A stretch of 64,000 nt of DNA from Octopus vulgaris (GCA_951406725.2 OX597832.1:14632001-14696000); one strand, 5' to 3'. Shown: positions 49,790 to 63,752, counted from the first letter of the stretch. Made by a program: numbers and translations. The notes: generated by a model not told the origin, from the letters alone.

Positions 49790-50540
49790 AGATCAACTAG
49801 ACGCCCATTTCCGGGGACTTTTCTGCCCGGGAACTATGGATACTTTCCGAAATTCTCTGACCTAGCAATGCTGCCGGATATCTTTGCCTATTCCAGACGA
49901 AAGTTGTCAGGCACGTAAGTGCCGTCAACCGAACATGTTCGAGATTCAGACATGACGACCAAACGGTCCTGCTCGCATTCGTCCAGTCTCCGAGCAATGC
50001 TGACCTGTGGATTTATGTCGAACACCTGCTGTCACGTGTGGGGAGGATCTGGCCACCATCTGAATGCGCTGTGAAATTGCCCCTCCGACTTCCTTTAACC
50101 ATGAAGGAAAGGGTGTAATTATTTGCCTGGTGGTCATGGGGAAAGCGGTTGTATTGTGGACGAGACTGAAGGGCCGAAGACAAATATTTTTCTCTTTTCC
50201 CAATCCCTGATAAACGTCTTCAAGTTTCAGTTAATAGGAAAATAAGGGTAAAGCGGAAAGTGTTGCTTTCTAGCCATTTTGGTAATATGTAGATGAATGT
50301 GGCGTGAATGGTTCGAGTGAAAGAGCCTGCCTTGAACATACACCTGTAGTTGGAAAAAGAGAAAGGAATAAGTCACCTGCCCCAAAAGCCAGGCCACCCA
50401 TGAATGTCTTTAAGATTTGTCCGTAAGCAGCCCTGGAACGGTTCCTTTCTATTATAGATCCCACATTGTTGATTAAAAAAAATGTTTTCCATTGTCCACA
50501 ATGTTTTCCTTCATGTAAACCTTTGTGCATAATAAAGAAA
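49790..50540 (+). mobile_element. 3' end of an L1/Tx1-like ORF2 (decayed C-terminal Cys/His region) plus 3' UTR
   Basis: RHVSAVNRTCSRFRHDDQTVLLAFVQSPSNADLWIYVEHLLSRVGRI, then IAPPTSFNHEGKGVIICLVVMGKAVVLWTRLKG, resembling the CxxC…ETxxHxxxxC…W region of L1-clade ORF2. It ends ttgtgcataataaagaaa before (CAT)n. Confidence 0.75.
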
Positions 50541-50541
50541 G

Positions 50542-50610
<69 letters not shown>

Positions 50611-50626
50611 CATTATTATTATCATT
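50542..50626. repeat. (CAT)n/(TAT)n microsatellite
   Basis: Directly visible. Confidence 0.95.
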
Positions 50627-51166
50627 ATTAAGTGAGAGAGCAGTGCATGCCATCAAATTGACACTGGGGTACAAATATACGAAGCTCAGTATACCCATCA
50701 TGACAACCCGTCTGATAAGGGTACACCAGGCACATGCATCACGACCATATGTGCGAGACATGGTGATCTCATAACAAGATAAACAGCGCATGACCTTGCG
50801 GGTGGGGGCCCAGTTAGAATTTTCTTCTGGTTGGGTAACCCATCCCACACAACAAGGTCCCTGATTAAGGCTTGTTTAAGAATATTAAATGAAACACCCA
50901 TGTTTCCAGAGGTGAATCATTCAAACCCCAAAGAATCCCTCTCGACACATGGCTATGATGCTCCCCCACTACTTCTACTCGTGATCGGAGATGCACATAT
51001 CGTCGGCCACTAAGGGACATGCTCAACTGGTTACGGTGAAACAACTGAGAAGCAAATCTGTGGTATTGAGCAGAATATTTGCTGTAGCCCATCTTTTATA
51101 CCAAGACGAGACAATGTACATGATAAAACATGAGAGCCGCTGCCTGGTACGGCATCAGGGCATTTG
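50627..51166 (-). mobile_element. ~540-bp non-coding interspersed element embedded in TAA-type microsatellite
   Basis: GC-richer island flanked on both sides by TAT/CAT repeats; second copy at 13697-14072. Confidence 0.8.
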
Positions 51167-51198
<32 letters not shown>

Positions 51199-51205
51199 GT
51201 CATTA

Positions 51206-51238
<33 letters not shown>

Positions 51239-51299
51239 TCATCATCATTATTATTATCATTATTATTATTATTGTTATTATGTAATTGGTTTATATTTT

Positions 51300-53620
51300 T
51301 TTTACTAATTTCATAATTAATTTAATATTTAGCATTATAGTTAATCATATTTGCTTAAACTTCCTTTCTCTCATTAAAATTAAGTTTCATTCATGCAGGA
51401 GTTAATAGCTAAGTAATTTCTTTAGTTGCTTTTGTTTATTTAAATCCTATTCTCATTTTAGTATTACAGAGAATTCAATTACTTGAATCAGTTAAATATA
51501 TTCTTTAATTCAGGAACACACACCCGATCGGCTTTCACGTTTATGGTTTCTAATTTGTATTCTGATACAAGTGTTCGTAATTGGGTATTCCCTGTTTGAT
51601 AAATGTTGCGCTACTAACGTAGTAATGTGGATGACACTCTGAATTTACCTTACATTTGTTCACTGTTTTTTTTAATTTTACAATTAGATTCAAACGGGCA
51701 TAATCTGGTTGCTCTATTACATTTCTTATCTCTAACTTTACTTTGTATATCTTCAGTTTTTATCTGATTATTTATATAGCTATGCTAGCTCCCTTTTATT
51801 TTCCAATTTATATACTTTATATCATTTGATATTCCGGATTTTGAGTATACATTGCTTTAGAACTCACTACATCTTTACTATTAATTTCGCTGTTTCTATG
51901 CATTTGGTTACTATTTTTGATATGAATACTTGCCTTCCTATTGCTTCTCTTTCAACATGAGTGCTTACCTGTTCTGATCACTTCATAGTCTTTCCACCAG
52001 TTGTTTTCCATTGAATCGTTTTCCTTATTAAATGTATCTATCTATTAACTTTATCTACTTATTAGTAACTATTACATAATATATTTACGTTATAGTTAAT
52101 ATCCTCCCCGTACAAATTATTTAATCTTTTAACCGTTTGTGCTGCAATTATTTATGCTATGTTTCTAGAATTTTATAAAAGGTATTATTATCCTATACCA
52201 GTGGAAAATTCGACAATGCTTGCTACATTTAGGAGAATGTTTATTAACAGTCGAATTGAATAATTTCGGATGGTTACATCTAATCTTTTTCCAAGGGGAA
52301 TAATAAAACTTTGTGTGTTATCATTTAGTTTATTTGTATAGAAATCATTCATACAAGGAGTGTTCATCTTATGTCTCTTGTTTGCTTATATATCATGGAT
52401 TTTACTATGTTCCTTGACTATTTTATTGTTCTTAATCGTATAATTGCTTTTGCTAATTTAGTTTATATCCCTATTATCATTTCTTGTGGAGAACGTTTTA
52501 TAACCGTTTATTAACAGGATTTCTTGTTATTTTTTCGGCTCAATTTTATTAGCGCCATTGGTATTCATCTCTATACGTTTCTGTATTATAATCTTCCTAT
52601 CCTTATTTAAATTATTATTATTATTATTATCCACCAAGTTAATACCATAGGATTTTAACTTATTTTCTTATTAACATCATTACCTGTAGCTATCTCTTTT
52701 GTTAAGTTTCATTTTTTTTTCTTTTTCCCGACTTACATAGAGCTCAAGTATTTCTTCATCAGCGAAAAGGTTTCAGATACATCCAGGAGCATTGTCTACT
52801 ATTTACTTTGCTAAGGTTCTAGATTTATGGTTGTTTTTATCGATGTGTTGTTAGTGTTATGTTTATAGAATAGTTTACGTTTTCCTTCAATAAGATGTAA
52901 ATTCATATTGAGTTAGATAGCGGCGTTATGTATGTTTACAATTGATATGGGAAGTAATATATTCCTAAATAATTTGAAGAATATTTTCATATACTTCATC
53001 ATTTTACTATTAGAGAGGTTATCTACGGCGAAGATACCCTGTACAGACCGCCACCCAACTCACGAAATTCCCTATTTAGACTAAAATACTAAACAGTATA
53101 TAGATTCCTACCAAATCAGTAACTTGTGCAGTGTCCTCTGAAACCATAGTAATATCAAAACTATAATTTGTAACCTTCTTCACTCGGTACTTATTCTGTA
53201 ATTTTATAATAGACTTTCTTGCTGTTAAAATCGCATAAATTTCTTTCCATGCATTGTACAGATATTTTCTTAGCAAATAAACTGCGCTATTAAGTAGTAT
53301 GTGGTTTAGGGATGAGTATTAGTTATTTATATCAATTTGTATAAATCCTTTCATATATTTAATATATGGATTATTATGCCAATTAATTGCCTCATTTATC
53401 CATATTCAAATTACTCATCTTAGCTAAGTCAGAGTTTGAGGGGCATTTGAGCCTTATATTTCGGTTAGATCTGAAATTAGACTTGTATTCTTTAATGTTC
53501 ATTCTTGGAATTCTAAATTGATAATGTTTAGTTTTATCAGCTATTTCATATTTTTGCACAACTTTGGCTATTAATTTATTCATTGTAGCTTGTTATTATT
53601 TATCACATTATAATTCATAT
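51300..53620 (-). mobile_element. Decayed Penelope-like element (RT remnant)
   Basis: Minus frames read IRLKCPSNSDLAKMSNLNMDK, FIQIDINN*YSSL, AILTARKSII…FDITMVSEDTAQVTDLVGIYIL and GGGLYR. These match PLE RT motifs (RLINPxKS, FIQFDIxxxYPSI, FDxTMGSxDxAxxxxLVG, GLYRDD). The downstream extent, including any GIY-YIG domain, is not resolved. Confidence 0.78.
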
Positions 53621-53832
53621 TTATACGTTTCTTGATGAGTATATGGTAGTAAGGAAGGCTTAAATTATACAGGATACCCGTTGTAACGCCATGAACGCGT
53701 ATGCATTATATTGTTCTTACTGCTTTGGTATTCGAGCGTAACATTCTTTTGTTTTCATGTATTTGTAGACGGAAATATTTTCTCTCTCTCTCTTTATCTC
53801 TTTCTCTCTATCTCTTTCTCTCTCTCTATCTC

Positions 53833-53951
<119 letters not shown>

Positions 53952-54303
53952 CAGTGTGCATTTAAACACATAAAATATGGCCATAACAGGACATCTAAAA
54001 CGCTAGAAGGAGTAGCTAAAATCCAAACCACTATTAGGGGTAATTTTGAAAGGGAATGAAAAATAAAAAAACATTTAACATCTATTTCCTGTAACATGGT
54101 TTCAAACTACCTTCAGTAAATACAATAATTTGCTAGGCGCAGATATCATCAGCAAAGCAAATATTGACATATAAACACGAGGCGATACAGAACATGCCTC
54201 GTGCCTCTATGTTATAATCTTTGAAATCCACCGCTAGACAAATGGCAACAATAAATTCCCGAAAAATTTTGGCTCGCATGAAGTTTATTAATAATGATAT
54301 CCA

Positions 54304-54371
<68 letters not shown>

Positions 54372-54374
<3 letters not shown>

Positions 54375-54770
54375 TCTTTACTCTTTTACTTGTTTCAGTC
54401 ATTTGACTGCGGCCATGCTGGAGCACCGCCTTTAGTCAAGCAAATCGACCCCGGGACTTATTTTTGTAAGCCCAGTACTTATTCTATCGGTCACTTTTGC
54501 CGAACCGCTATGTGACGGGGACGTAAACACACCAGCATCGGTTGTCAAACAATGCTAGGGGGGCAAAAACAGACACACAAACATATACACACACACTTAT
54601 ATATATATGCATATATACGACAGGCTTCTTTCAGTTTCTGTCTACCAAATCCACTCACAAAGCATTGGTCGGCCCGGGGCTATAGCAGAAGACACTTGCC
54701 CAAGATGCTACGCAGTGGGACTGAACCCAGAACCATGTGGTTGGTTAGCAAGCTACTTACCACACAGCCA
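54372..54770 (-). mobile_element. SINE family 1, well-preserved copy within (TA)n
   Basis: Aligns end to end with 200-596. Reverse-complement head tggctgtgtggtaagtagcttgc…ggttcagtcccactgcg, followed by a CORE-like tcttgggcaagtgtctt. Confidence 0.92.
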
Positions 54771-54780
54771 TATATATATG

Positions 54781-55081
54781 TATTGGTAAAAACGGTAAGA
54801 TAACGAAAGAAAGAAAGATACCTCAATATTATGTAAATAGAGGAAATTTATCTATAAAATAATATGTTACAATTACTCAATAGTCAAGATAAAACTCTGA
54901 GTTTCAGATTCCGAAGTGGAAATCCACAACACCATCTCTTCGCTTATCTGGCCATCTGTAAAACGCTATGAAAAAATAGCGTTATATAAAGGGAAATTAC
55001 TGTGTTATAATTCTGCTACTTATATAAGTTAAGATTAAAATTTCATAGTAAACACGTAAACATGGCTATTGAGTAATTGTA

Positions 55082-55116
<35 letters not shown>

Positions 55117-55170
55117 ATTTCTTCTGTTATTTTGTAATGCTATATTATTATATTCTTACAATCTTTACTG
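54781..55170. mobile_element. Probable MITE-like element with diverged long TIRs
   Basis: ttacaattactcaatagtcaag (~54867) pairs with catggctattgagtaattgtaa (55061-55082). The outer ends ggtaaaaacggtaaga and tcttacaatctttact pair loosely. Confidence 0.5.
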
Positions 55171-55285
55171 ACGAACGGATTTTACTGCGTGTTGAGTTAT
55201 CTTTTTGCTTTAGTTTTATACGCTTATATAATATAGCTGTGCGAAAACAGATGAATGCGGTAAATCTATATATATACATATATAT

Positions 55286-55363
<78 letters not shown>

Positions 55364-55827
55364 CAGTAGGTTTAAATTATAATTTGATCGAGTTTTCTCT
55401 CATAAATTTATATTATTTAGCAGACATTATATAATACTGTCGCTTTGCATAGGCGCCTAATTATTACTTTAATAAATAAATATAACTGTTTTAAGTTGTA
55501 TTATCTTTCGACATGAACAAATAATTTGAAACGCACCTATATTTACCTGCAAAAACTGTATATATAGTGTATATTTTCTATATATGTATATTTTCTTTTT
55601 CTACAAAGGCGTACATAATAATATTATTGCAGTAAATTATCTTTTTCTCTCTCACTTGCACACACAAACGCAACCGCAAAAACAGACAGACACACACACA
55701 AACATATACACAAACAAACACATATATATACCACGAACACCACAACTATACACCACACATACACAAACACACACTCACACTTACAATGACATATTTCAAA
55801 GTATACAATTAAAATATGTGTGTACAA

Positions 55828-55906
<79 letters not shown>

Positions 55907-56268
55907 TATGTATTTATGTATGTATATTTTATTGTATATAAGTATGGACACCTATAATTTTCATATTACAAAGATTTATGGTAGGTCCATTGAACAACAA
56001 TTTCTCATAAAGCAACATAAAGAATAATTAAGTGATGCATGAACTTGTATATACACAATGAAGTTACTGTTCTGTGTTTGCTGTCTCGCAGTTTATTTCT
56101 AGACATAGGCGCACGGCTTTGAGTATTATGTGACCAAAGAAATGAAAAGAAAAACAGTGGTCGCCTTTTTAACGCTAAGATAGTATTAATATAGCAGATT
56201 ACACTACCATACACTACGTTGCGATCATACTACATTAGGACTGCAGCTAGAAGCTAACGGTGATAGTG

Positions 56269-56350
<82 letters not shown>

Positions 56351-56849
56351 TATCAGGCTCCTTTACTGTGATGCAAAACATGTGCGTATCCTTATCATTT
56401 ATTCACTTTTGAATTAATCGCTTGTCCTTGTACATCTCTCGTGCAGACAAATGCATGTTATTTGAATATGTATCTCAGATCCGTAAGTACTTTCCATAGC
56501 CATCCATTAGTAAGGACTCCCTAGACTATCCATGCCTTAAATATTCTTATAATTATCTATATGTATTCTTATAATACTGTATATTCTTAATTTATTATAT
56601 TCTTTTCTCTTACTGTTCTGGTAATATATTGATAGTCCTAACAGGCATGAACAACGCCATTGTTTTTAAATATTTTTAAATATTAGCTGGCAAATTACGT
56701 CGTGCAGGGTTTTCCACTAAAAGGATCATCTGAAACCCTCCTGGTCGTAAGCGACGGAGTGTCACTATATACATACATACATACATACATATCTTTGTGT
56801 GTGTGTATGTGCGTCTGTGTGGGTGTGTATGTGATGTGTATGTATGCAT

Positions 56850-57070
56850 TTGTGTCTAGAGAGAGTCATTCTCTTAAATTGCGTTGATATTTGAGGCACA
56901 CGGCGGTTAGGTTATCACTCATCTACTTATTTTTACGTAATAATTTCGTTGCATCTTGCAAATATTTCAATAGTCATTGATTCTGTCCTTTATCAGACTT
57001 GCGTTCTTTTTGTTTGTTTGTGCGCAAGTGTGTGGGTCAGTGTGTATGCGCATACATACATACACACACA

Positions 57071-57146
<76 letters not shown>

Positions 57147-57386
57147 TATGTATGTATACATACCTACGTACATACAAACTTGCTGTGTGCGTACTCAAAT
57201 TCACACACACATGCGCACAGAGAAACAAAAAATCATATCACGGATAACGGAGCAAGTCAACGAATATTGAAAATGTTGCAAGACGCAACGAAAATTTTGG
57301 AAAAACCTAAATTATTAGATGAGGGAAACTTAACCGGAGTCTAAAAGCATAAGGTATTAATATAGAATGACTCTCCCCAGACACAA
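56850..57386. repeat. Inverted pair of ~130-bp arms around a (TA)n/(CA)n core
   Basis: 56850-56980 (ttgtgtctagagagagtcattct…ctcatcta…aatttcgttgcatcttgcaa…ttcaata) is a diverged reverse complement of 57257-57386. Confidence 0.8.
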
Positions 57387-57456
57387 TAAATTATGCGTCA
57401 ACTCAGGAACTCACATGAAGTACCTTGTAAACCAAACACCCAAACGATACATACAT

Positions 57457-57542
<86 letters not shown>

Positions 57543-58484
57543 AGAGAGAGATAATGAGAGAGCGAGAGAGAGTTTTTTTTATGTGATGATTATATATTGT
57601 ATATTCAGAATAATAAGGTAGTCAGAATGTTGGATGATTTTATACATTGTTCCATTTATTCACATATTTACATTTTCAGCGTTTCCATTTGTTAAAAGAT
57701 AACGGAAGAAAGAGCTACACATGTAGATAAGATAAATATAAAAAAAAAAATAGTATAACCTACAAACAATCTGACCATCTTATTATTCTAAATATATATG
57801 TATATATTATGTATACGTAGCTTTCATTTGATGGATTACGTACGATACGTCCAGTGTTTTCTTCGATGCTTGACGAGATCATTTCATTTGTATGTTGAAA
57901 GCATACATAAATCGCTTGGAATTCTCAGCAGCACTAATATTCCAATATTTATGTTAATTAACATAGCTGCAGTGATAGCAAGAGACATTTTAGTTTATAT
58001 AGGATATATTTCGAAAGCAAGATCATCCGAATAATTATAACAACAAGAAAAATGACAACCTGCTTCAACGTGAAATGATCGAAATAATTTTATTACAGAA
58101 ACAGATGGATGCCTCCATATTTCTGCTTGGAATATTAATAACCTTTATTTCTATATCTGACATGTGTTTTAATGCGCGTATATTTTTATTGAATGTGTTA
58201 TATTAATATAAGACTTCTCGTTTGCGGTTATATCAAAAATGTTCAGAGATCTATGTAAATCTAGATATTAAAATGATTACCGTCATTTTCTAGAATATTA
58301 ATGCAAATATGATAAAATCCAAAATTTTTACAATGATTCAGACCAATTCAATTTTTCATGCTATATTCGAAATCAATATGAGAGGGCCGCTCATGCTGGC
58401 TAGATCCGATTTATGTAGTAGACGTATAATATCATATTGCTTACAGCATTATATCACTGCCAAATATTGGTTTCAATGTTTGCC

Positions 58485-58672
58485 ACAAAGCCAGTAATAT
58501 CAGAGGAAGGTATCAGTCGTTTACAGGGATCACAGTGTTAACTGGTCCTTATTTTACCGACCCCGACAGTATGAAAGGCAAAGTCATCCTCAGTGGTACG
58601 TAAGTTCAGAAATTATAGACGCCCTTAATGTCGCAAAGCATTTTCTCAGGCGAACTAACGATTCTACCAGTA
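58485..58672 (-). mobile_element. Degenerate SINE family 2 copy
   Basis: aactggtccttattttaccgaccccgacagtatgaaaggcaaagtc…aagcattt…ctaacgattctaccag. Confidence 0.7.
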
Positions 58673-59702
58673 GGATACATTATTTCCCTGCGCAATATTG
58701 CAAACTGTTTGTGCCGAGAAGAAATATTGTCCTTCGCGGTGTCCAGGATACAAAGTGTTGGCTTATATTGAGTACTACACTACCGGAGACGAAGTATCAT
58801 TTCAGCCATAGCGATATCATAATCCTTTTCACAGGTATAAGTAAAAAAGATACACTCAAGTTTTCTCCTCAAATTATCAACTTTTTTTAACTAGCAAGTG
58901 GGCAAAGAATTTACATCACGTTAATACCAAGTAAAATGGAAACAACATACTTCTCTTTCTTTTAAGAGTATCAAGAGAATGAGGTGCAAGAATTGGACTC
59001 AATCGGATTACGGTACATAAACATGATATTCGGGCAAACTATATGCATCGACTGTATCAGATTTTTCATTTGTCAAGTATAGTAAATTACTAGTAGAAAT
59101 TAGAATAGGCTATTTTTACGTAGTTGTCAATGAGAGTAAAACGTTGTCAGTAATGATATTTTGTTATAAATCTTCGAATACAAATATTTATGTCTAATTA
59201 TTTTCTTTATCAATATTAGTCACTGCAAGATTTTGTTTAATAGCAAAAGTCAAATTTATATCATATCTAGTCATTCTTAGTCGATTTGATTGTTATAATT
59301 TTTCCTCAATACAATATATTATTTTAGTATTTTAAATTAAATATCCAAAAATTTAATTAATCTTCTGTTTACAGACATCAGTTGTTAGATTTGTGAGAAA
59401 TCCAATTATTCTGTACACAACTTTTAAATTAATTTTCTTGCTGTTCGTTGCACAAAATTAGTATTTATCAGTACGCTAAAAGTATATTACATATACAATG
59501 TAACCAATTACTTTAAATATACATGTCAAGTAAATTACGAATTCACTGCCTCTTATTTAGTAAATTATGAAGCATTTTTTATCGTAATGATAGTCTGTTT
59601 TAAGCTTGCAGTATCTCACAGTTTTAACTAGTAATCGTCCATTTTCTAAATTTGTTTAGAAAAGATATATGGTGAGCGATTACGATGATCATATGGTTAT
59701 TA

Positions 59703-60226
59703 TATTGGGCTGTCCGGAAAGTTCGTGCCGATTTTTAAAAGAAAGGAAAAGGTCAATAAATACAGGCCATTACATTTTTAATCAACCGAATATGAACCGT
59801 TTTGTTGCACAATGCGTCTCCATCTTCCCAGAATTGAGGTGGTTTCATGGCAAAGAATACATCATGGTATCATTTTACACATCCAAATCGAAATTTTTAC
59901 AATAAAGACTATTCTGCAGAAATCTGAATAAGTGGAAATCTGAAGGAGCAATATTTAGTGAATATGGGGTTGGTGAAACACATCTGAGTCTGGTTCTCAA
60001 AGCATCCAGTGCCAAAAATGAACTAACTTACTTATCTTCCATTTTAAAGGGTTACAGAATTAACAAAGTTTATAGGAACATAAACTTTCCTCCACGAAAA
60101 GATACCTTAAACTGTGCTGTAAATGGAGGTGTAGTGAACTCATATTTTATGGACACAAACATGTTCTAATATAAGTCGAAAGATAAGCTACTATAAATTG
60201 GCACGGACTTTCCGGCCAACCTAATA
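59703..60226 (-). mobile_element. Internally deleted mariner (~520 bp) with both TIRs
   Basis: TIRs tattgggctgtccggaaagttcgtgccgattt and aaattggcacggactttccggccaacctaata with TA ends. Internal minus frame PYSLNIAPSDFHLFRFLQNSL. Confidence 0.9.
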
Positions 60227-60533
60227 TCTTCCTTAAACAATCTGTTAGCCCGCATATTTCTATTTGCCCTGACAATGAACACCCCAACTTCATTATTGCT
60301 TGTGTACAATGGTACTTTGCATACATAAGACATTTTCGTCCCGAATTCAATTTTTTTCTAACATGATATATTTGCATATGTATCAATATTATTACTACAA
60401 TTTAAAATCACACTCGTGCAGAGAGAATAAAATGAGTATCTAAGTAAAAACCAATTACGATTAGAATTGTTCAAATCATAATGAATAACCGAGCGTGTAC
60501 ACACACATACACAAAATCACAACTACACACACT

Positions 60534-60586
<53 letters not shown>

Positions 60587-60648
60587 ATTTGTGTGTATAT
60601 ATATATATATATGTATGTATGTATATATAAATATGAGAGAGTGACCAC

Positions 60649-61199
60649 TATGTGGTTAACTCTAGTGCTAAAAATAGCTCCGTTACTGGTATAGCCACTG
60701 AAACTCGTTTCCAAGAAGAAATAACACTACATTTAACGTAAGGTAAGTGAAATATAACGAAAAAATAGATTAACCCTGAACATTTGTTTCATTATTAATG
60801 TAATATGCAATTGTTTTAAATACAATTTATTAGATCACACGAGCGTCAAATTCCGTGCGGTTTATGCAGTATTCGTTTCCAGTAAATCTTATCACGCTTT
60901 TGGCGGGGGAATTTGAAATCATATCTACGAATACAATCGATTAAACCACACGTGTATTTGAGGCTCGTGCGATCTAATAAATTGTATTTAAGACAAACCT
61001 CTGCTGAAGATTTATGGATGTTATGTAAGTAAAATAGCATATTACATTAATAATGAAACAATTGTTCAAGGTTAATCTATTTTTTTTTCGTTATATTTCA
61101 CATACCTTACGTTAAATGTAGTGTTATTTCTTCTTGGAAACGAGTTTCAGTGGCTATATCAGTAACGGAGCTATTTTTAGCACTAGAGTTAACCACATA
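60649..61199. mobile_element. Foldback MITE, ~550 bp, with ~160-bp near-perfect TIRs extending to ~215 bp
   Basis: 60649-60808 versus the reverse complement of 61038-61199: about 4 substitutions plus one A-run length difference by eye. Inner arms 60811-60864 and 60941-60997 also pair. TA at both ends. Confidence 0.9.
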
Positions 61200-61633
61200 T
61201 ATAAATTTGTATTGTATTCCTGGTTTTTATTTGCTAAGACACTTGGTGTTAAATTGATGGTATTATTAAATTAATATCCAATTTTTTCACCCTCATTTAT
61301 AGATTATATGTATATATATATATATTGTATTTATGTATATATCTCTATACACATACAAAAACACACACACATTTGTATGCTTGCATTTATACACGCATGA
61401 ATAAGTAAAGATTTGCATTTATGTATAACTATACATAAATAACACCGATACATCATTTGGAAGAATTCTGAATAGCATCTTACTTACTCTTTTCACGTTA
61501 TCAATTTAAACCTTAAAATTAGAGAGTACAATTCGTCTCATAGAGCTGCTATAGGTATGTTTTCGCTCTTTAATAATGCTCATAGTACAGGGTAATTCTC
61601 AAGGTGGAGAAATGTTATATATATATATAATTA

Positions 61634-61727
<94 letters not shown>

Positions 61728-61735
61728 GTACATGT

Positions 61736-62025
61736 GGTGGCGCAATGGCCCAGTGGTTAGGGCATCGGACTCGCGGTCGTAGGATCGCGGTTTCGAATCT
61801 CAGACCGGGCGTTGTGAGTGCTTATTGAGCGAAAACACCTAAAAGCTCCACTGTGGTGATCCCTGCGGTACTCTTTCACCACTCTTTCTCCCACTGTTTC
61901 TTCTGTTGGCCTGCTCGCTTAGCCAGCGGGGTGGCGTCATTCGAAGGCTAAAATAAGGCGAACGCATTGTGACGACCGGTGTGTAACTACATCTGATAGA
62001 CTGGTCGGTCACGTAATCACTTGAT
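61736..62025 (+). mobile_element. tRNA-derived SINE family 3 (tRNA-Arg-like head)
   Basis: ggcgcaatggcccagtggttagggcatcggactcgcggtcgtaggatcgcggtttcgaatc has A box tggcccagtgg, B box ggtttcgaatc and TCG at the anticodon position, followed by a ~220-bp tRNA-unrelated body. Confidence 0.82.
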
Positions 62026-63715
62026 ATACGTACATATACATATACATATATAACACGCTTAATGCTTGATATTTTTAAAATTGTGAAATTAGCCATTTGA
62101 GAATAAACAATTAGGCGTACATACTGAAGTTCATTATGATATGCAAGACATATAGATTCGATCTAGAGTGCAATTATAAATCAACTTTCGAATCAAAACT
62201 TAGAAATTAAAATTAGAAAGTTTTATTTGTATAGTTCATACTTCTATGGATAGATGCGTTGTGTAATATTTTTTTCACTTTTCATGGACGGTGTTTCATT
62301 GGCATAGTAGCCAATATTCACTGCAACCCGACGTAAATATTTTAAATACATTTAAATTATATCGCACTGTACAGTACTAAATCTGATTTTCGCAAATTTT
62401 ATTTTAATGCTCTAAAGCTCTTTTGTTTTATTATAGTCTCATTTTAAAGTATTGCTGCAATACAAATTAGAATAAAATTATCCAATTTCTTCAAATCCCT
62501 CTGCTCCGGAATGATTTATAGCATTTCAGAGAGTAAAAATTATGCGAAAATTAACTACGTACAGTGTGGAAAATGAACTAATATAATCATCTTCGCTTAG
62601 AAAATGATTTCCCCACTGGACAATTTTATAATACATTATTCTTCGTAAAATAACTGGATACTTCATAATTTAATCTGCCTGTCCTCTTTATTGTTATCTG
62701 AATTATTTTCCCGAAAATTAGCATATTTAGAAATCAGTATTTAATATGGGTACTTAATTTTTTATTCATGCTATATAATTTTAGAACATGAAGGCTGCAT
62801 AAAGAAATATTTTTGAGAAGGTATTTATTGGATAAAGGAAAATCATACGATACGCCATTATGGAATTCTGCAAAATCAGAAAGCAAAATACAAGCAGCCA
62901 AATTAAGGGATCGATCTTCTGTTACTAAGTTAGGGTGAGTTAAATCATCAGAATATATGAGTAGAGACAGATTGAGTTCTTGCTCAGTGGAAGCAGCCAT
63001 TTAAACATACAGATAATCATACGAAAAATATAAGTAGTGCAACTGTAGGGATGTTAATCCTGGAGATTCTTGTTGCATAAAAGTCATGTAAATAGTTTAT
63101 ACATATTTTATATATAAAAGGCATACAAAATGTCGATATTTGACAAACAGTATTAGCGCCATCTTTCACATAACAAAATCAAAATTTCAAACTGCACGTG
63201 TTTATATATGGTATGATTCAATTACATACGCTCATCATCCACGGACACAAATAGACACAGAGAGACGGACACACACACTCGCTCCCATAATACCACCCAC
63301 ACGCACTCACTGCGCGGAAGAAGCTATTATGGAAAAAAAAAGTTTGTTATTCATTTGCAGATCGTTTATTAGCGAGAAATCGTAACCATCGTTTTATATA
63401 GCAATCTTCTTTAGAATTTTATAGCAAAAATCAGTATATTTATTCATAAAATATACATATATTACATTATAAATTATTCTCGCAAATATTTTCGCCTGCA
63501 ATATAATTTATGTGAAATTTTATTTTATAACCATTTTATTCTGAGATAAAGCTAGAAATATCCGACACTTGAGTAGTTTATCTGTTTTCATTTTAGGTTA
63601 GATTTATTTGATGAAGGTGAATGAGAATATCTTCATATTCTTCATGTTGTCTTCCGTATTAAATTAGGTCGATTTATGATATTTCTAAATGGTGAATATT
63701 AGATAAATTATGTTC

Positions 63716-63752
<37 letters not shown>

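Noticed and set aside
61736-61810. Possible tRNA-Arg gene
   Set aside because: Acceptor and anticodon stems pair poorly, there is no pol III terminator, and it continues into a SINE body.
62734-63000. 88-aa ORF with a good ATG context
   Set aside because: No recognisable homology or supporting exon structure; within chance expectation.
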